A DNA stretch of 64,000 bases, taken from NCBI GenBank assembly GCA_007132715.1, contig SLOE01000050.1, forward strand, positions 4,640 to 68,639, written 5' to 3'. Source of the DNA: Bacteroidales bacterium (GTDB taxonomy: Bacteria > Bacteroidota > Bacteroidia > Bacteroidales > PUMT01). Position numbers and translations under genes: made by a program. This document shows positions 61,045-64,000 of this stretch, one piece after another. Under the pieces are notes generated by a model. The model worked only from the letters and a program-made list of their open reading frames with translations. It was not told the origin of the DNA and made no database searches. How positions within the stretch are numbered: the first letter of the stretch is position 1; each line of letters starts with the position of its first letter.

Positions 61045-62146
61045 CAGTCAGACGGTTATCATTGACGGCAGCCGCCTGGTAACCGAAGCTATGGCCAGGG
61101 CAGGGGCCGATGCTTTCATAGGCTACCCCATTACTCCGGCCAACCTGCTGTACCAGTATGCAGGCCGGCGCCTGCCCCTGATGCTTCCCGCCCCCGATGA
61201 AATAACCACATTGCAGTGGATGTCGGGTCTGGCGGCAGCCGGCAGGATCCCGGTTACGGCAACATCATTCCCCGGGTTTGCACTGATGATAGAATCGGTA
61301 AATATGGCTTTCATGATGGAATTGCCTATGGTTATCGTGCTTGTCCAGCGACTGGGACCGGCAACAGGGACAGCCACATGCGGAGCACAGGGAGACCTGG
61401 CACTGCTGAGGGGTATGATATCGGGTGGCCACCAGGTGCCGGTGCTGTGCGGTGACGGCTTTAAGGATACCTGGAATCTTGCTGCAGAAGCAGTACACAC
61501 GGCGGTCCGGCTCCGGACCCCGGTGGTTTTCCTTACTTCGAAGGAGGAGATGATGACCCGCAAAAGCTTCGATCTGTCACTGCTGGATGATATCTTCCCG
61601 GTTGAGAGACGTTCCCCCGGGGGGGCTCACTACAAAACCTACGACCCGGGAGAAGACGGTATCCCGGCGTTCCTTCCCGTGGCTAACGCGAGCCGGCAGG
61701 TGCGGCTCAATGCCTCCACTCATGACATGGAAGGAATACTGCGTCATTCCACCGATGAGGCCATGGCCAATACCAGGAGACTTGAGGATAAGGCCGGGAA
61801 CCATCTTGACAGTTACACCCGTTACCAATACGATAGCCAGGAGGATGCCGCCACACTCGTGGTATCCTACGGTATAACCGCTGCTGCTGCCAGGGAAGCT
61901 GTAAGCGGTATCCGCGAAAGCGGAAAAAAGGTATCACTGCTTGTCGCAGGCACATTGCTGCCTTTGCCGGGTATCTATTACCGGATTACAGGTAAATATG
62001 ACAGGGTGGTAATAGCCGAGGAGAATATCAATGCCCAGTTTGCCAGGCTTATGTTTGGAGAGGAGCTGCCTGGAAGGGTGCGTACTGTAGGTGCGATAGG
62101 AAAGATGATTGCTCCCGGGGATATAACAAAGGAGGTACTGTTATGA
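61019..62146 (+). CDS. 2-oxoacid:ferredoxin oxidoreductase alpha subunit
   Basis: 375-aa ORF with GADAFIGYPITPA and ATSFPGFALM. The start is either 61019 or the ATG at 61028. Confidence 0.85.
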   Translation: MLYMQAKNDSQTVIIDGSRLVTEAMARAGADAFIGYPITPANLLYQYAGRRLPLMLPAPDEITTLQWMSGLAAAGRIPVTATSFPGFALMIESVNMAFMMELPMVIVLVQRLGPATGTATCGAQGDLALLRGMISGGHQVPVLCGDGFKDTWNLAAEAVHTAVRLRTPVVFLTSKEEMMTRKSFDLSLLDDIFPVERRSPGGAHYKTYDPGEDGIPAFLPVANASRQVRLNASTHDMEGILRHSTDEAMANTRRLEDKAGNHLDSYTRYQYDSQEDAATLVVSYGITAAAAREAVSGIRESGKKVSLLVAGTLLPLPGIYYRITGKYDRVVIAEENINAQFARLMFGEELPGRVRTVGAIGKMIAPGDITKEVLL

Positions 62147-63408
62147 GCACAATACTGAGAAAGAAAGATCTGCCCTACTGCAAAGGGTGCGGACATGACC
62201 TGATAGCAAAGAATACGGCAAAGGCACTGGAGCGGATGGGGCTTGAGGCCCTGGATGTGACGGTGGTGACCGATATAGGCTGTCACGGTATTATTGACGG
62301 CTGCCTCAATACACACACTGTTCATGGACTCCATGGCAGGTCTGTTGCTCTCGGCGCCGGTATCGCTATGGGAACCGGGCGACAGGGGAATAAGATCATC
62401 GTATTTATAGGTGACGGCGGCAGCACTATCGGACTGCAGCATATACTTGAGGCCGCCAGGCTGAACCTCGACATGACCGTGGTGGTGCATAACAACATGC
62501 TTTACGGGATGACCGGGGGGCAGACAAGCGGACTGACTCCCTGCGGCTTCAAAACAACCACATCGTCTGAGGGAAATCCCTGGTCAGGCTACGACCTTTG
62601 TGCCCTTACGCACACTTCGGGTGCTGCGTTTTCAGGCCGGATAGCCGGCGTGGGTGATATTTCCGGTACACTGCAGGAGGCATTTGAAACTGCCGGGTTC
62701 TCGCTGATCGAGATCGTTGAGATTTGTCCCAGTTACGGCGTAAGGCTCAATCCCGGAAAGAAGCTCAGGGAGATCATGGAGAGTTCAGGAAAGTTGCCCG
62801 GGAGGTGGATGAACGACAGGAAACCTTTTGTTCTTGAGCAGGGCAAGAAGAGAGGCGACCTTCTGAAGGAGCTTAAGACTATTACCGCAAGTCATGATAT
62901 GCCGCCAGGCGGCCCAGTTTCTGTCATTTTAAGCGGTTCGGCCGGCGAGGGTGTTCAGCTTGCCGCGGGCATTCTTGCCACAGCTGCTGTAAGCACGGGA
63001 TACCACGTTACACAGAAGGGCAGCTACCCTGTTACGGTAGGTGTTGGATTCTCCACAGCCGAGGTTATCATTTCACCCCGGCCGGTAATGTACCACGGCA
63101 TTGACATACCCGATATGGTGGTGATCACTTCTGTCGACGGACTGGAGCACTGCAGGAGAAGAATAGAGGCTATGAAAGGAGGCAGCCTCTTTATTGACAG
63201 CTCGCTTGAGTGCCCGCCAACAGGAGCAGGGGTGGTTGCTCACGATTTCCGTTCTGTCGGTGCAAGAAATGCGGCACTGTTTGCACTGTTCAGGATGGCC
63301 GCAGTCACAGGCATCCTGCAGCCGGAGGTTATTAAAAGCACCGCCCTGGCGAGCGGGTTGCCGGCCGCCGTTCCGGTGGGCAAAATGATGGAGCTTGCCA
63401 CCGGCTGA
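62143..63408 (+). CDS. 2-oxoacid:ferredoxin oxidoreductase beta subunit (TPP-binding) fused to a gamma-subunit domain
   Basis: 421-aa ORF. The N-terminal half has CKGCGH, DIGCHG and GDGG...NNMLYGMTGGQ. The C-terminal half has ILSGSAGEGVQLAAGILA, typical of the gamma subunit. It overlaps the alpha gene by 4 nt. Confidence 0.85.
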   Translation: MSTILRKKDLPYCKGCGHDLIAKNTAKALERMGLEALDVTVVTDIGCHGIIDGCLNTHTVHGLHGRSVALGAGIAMGTGRQGNKIIVFIGDGGSTIGLQHILEAARLNLDMTVVVHNNMLYGMTGGQTSGLTPCGFKTTTSSEGNPWSGYDLCALTHTSGAAFSGRIAGVGDISGTLQEAFETAGFSLIEIVEICPSYGVRLNPGKKLREIMESSGKLPGRWMNDRKPFVLEQGKKRGDLLKELKTITASHDMPPGGPVSVILSGSAGEGVQLAAGILATAAVSTGYHVTQKGSYPVTVGVGFSTAEVIISPRPVMYHGIDIPDMVVITSVDGLEHCRRRIEAMKGGSLFIDSSLECPPTGAGVVAHDFRSVGARNAALFALFRMAAVTGILQPEVIKSTALASGLPAAVPVGKMMELATG

Positions 63409-63466
63409 TCAGATACCGTAACATCATGAGATCCCCCGGCGCTGCCGGCAGGGCAGTATCCCGCAG

Positions 63467-63544
63467 GTTTGGCGCCGTCATTCCGTCTAAAGGTTTGGCG
63501 CCGTCTTTCCGGGCAAAGTCGTAGCGCCGTCATTCCGTCTAAAG
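63467..63544. repeat. Three tandem 26-nt units in the intergenic region upstream of rpsF
   Basis: The units are GTTTGGCGCCGTCATTCCGTCTAAAG (63467), GTTTGGCGCCGTCTTTCCGGGCAAAG (63493) and TCGTAGCGCCGTCATTCCGTCTAAAG (63519). Confidence 0.6.
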
Positions 63545-63706
63545 GTGTCCCGGTGCAAATGAGCAGTGTTGATTGTCTGGAGTATCGGCAAAAAACTTTT
63601 GTGAAAAGGGAAAAAGTTATTACTTTTGCAGCCTGTTTTATCAGAACTTTGTCCCCGACCCATAAATCCGGGGCGGTTAAATCAAATTATTAACAAATAA
63701 ATCATT

Positions 63707-64000
63707 ATGTTAAATCAGTACGAAACCGTTTTCATTATTACTCCCGTTTTGTCTGAAAGTCAGATGAAGGAAGCGGTTGAAAAAGTCAGGAAAATTATCA
63801 CTGACAACGGAGGAGAGATAGTCCACCATGAGGACTGGGGATTGAGGAAACTGGCCTACCCCATTAGAAACAAATCCACGGGCTTTTACAACCATTTTGA
63901 GTTCAGGGCGCCCGGTGAGCTTGTCGCAAAGCTTGAGACAGAATATAAGCGTGATGAGCGCTTTCTGAGGTTTCTCACTTTTCGCATGGACAAGTATGCG
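63707..64000 (+). CDS. rpsF: 30S ribosomal protein S6 (partial, runs off the right edge)
   Basis: Hand translation from the ATG at 63707 gives [53 protein letters not shown]..., a canonical S6 N-terminus. It is open at the window edge, so it is absent from the ORF track. Confidence 0.93.
   Translation, partial: MLNQYETVFIITPVLSESQMKEAVEKVRKIITDNGGEIVHHEDWGLRKLAYPIRNKSTGFYNHFEFRAPGELVAKLETEYKRDERFLRFLTFRMDKYA

Overview
The window looks like Bacteroidota chromosome: it has a T9SS C-terminal sorting domain, a DUF2764-containing V-type ATPase operon and TonB-dependent receptor loci. It is densely packed core metabolism. I saw no rRNA, tRNA, CRISPR array, transposase or integrase. From left to right the content is as follows. 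(1) A partial acyl-CoA carboxylase carboxyltransferase gene. (2) A complete trpEGDCFBA operon on the minus strand. (3) A divergent plus-strand operon tyrA, DAHP synthase/chorismate mutase, aroB, aroD, aroE, aroA, aroC. The 485-bp region between (2) and (3) holds two unannotated 25-codon leader peptides, one with WWW and one with YYAWSFFFFYF. Each is followed by a terminator hairpin and a mutually exclusive antiterminator, so these are back-to-back ribosome-mediated attenuators. (4) A SPOR lipoprotein. (5) A cobalamin-riboswitch-led minus-strand cluster: TonB-dependent receptor, beta-propeller lipoprotein, a T9SS-sorted S1 serine protease with PKD domains, and a BtuFCD-like ABC importer. (6) ligA, a hypothetical gene and dapA. 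(7) Two S9 peptidases flanking a decayed thioredoxin-like pseudogene and a degenerate 27-nt tandem array. (8) truA, a YfiR-domain/coiled-coil/SpoIIE phosphatase and prfC. (9) A seven-gene V-type ATPase operon whose proteolipid keeps the Na+-binding residues. (10) A GT2 glycosyltransferase. (11) A two-gene encapsulated-ferritin plus family-1 encapsulin nanocompartment operon. (12) Two Tat-signal sugar-modifying enzymes, an AI-2E transporter and a LolA-like protein. (13) A candidate 2-hydroxy/2-oxoacid module: YdiJ-like FAD/Fe-S oxidase, Na+/solute symporter, family III CoA-transferase, and a two-subunit 2-oxoacid:ferredoxin oxidoreductase with a beta-gamma fusion. (14) The start of rpsF. All functional calls come from reading the translated ORFs for conserved motifs. 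No database search was possible.
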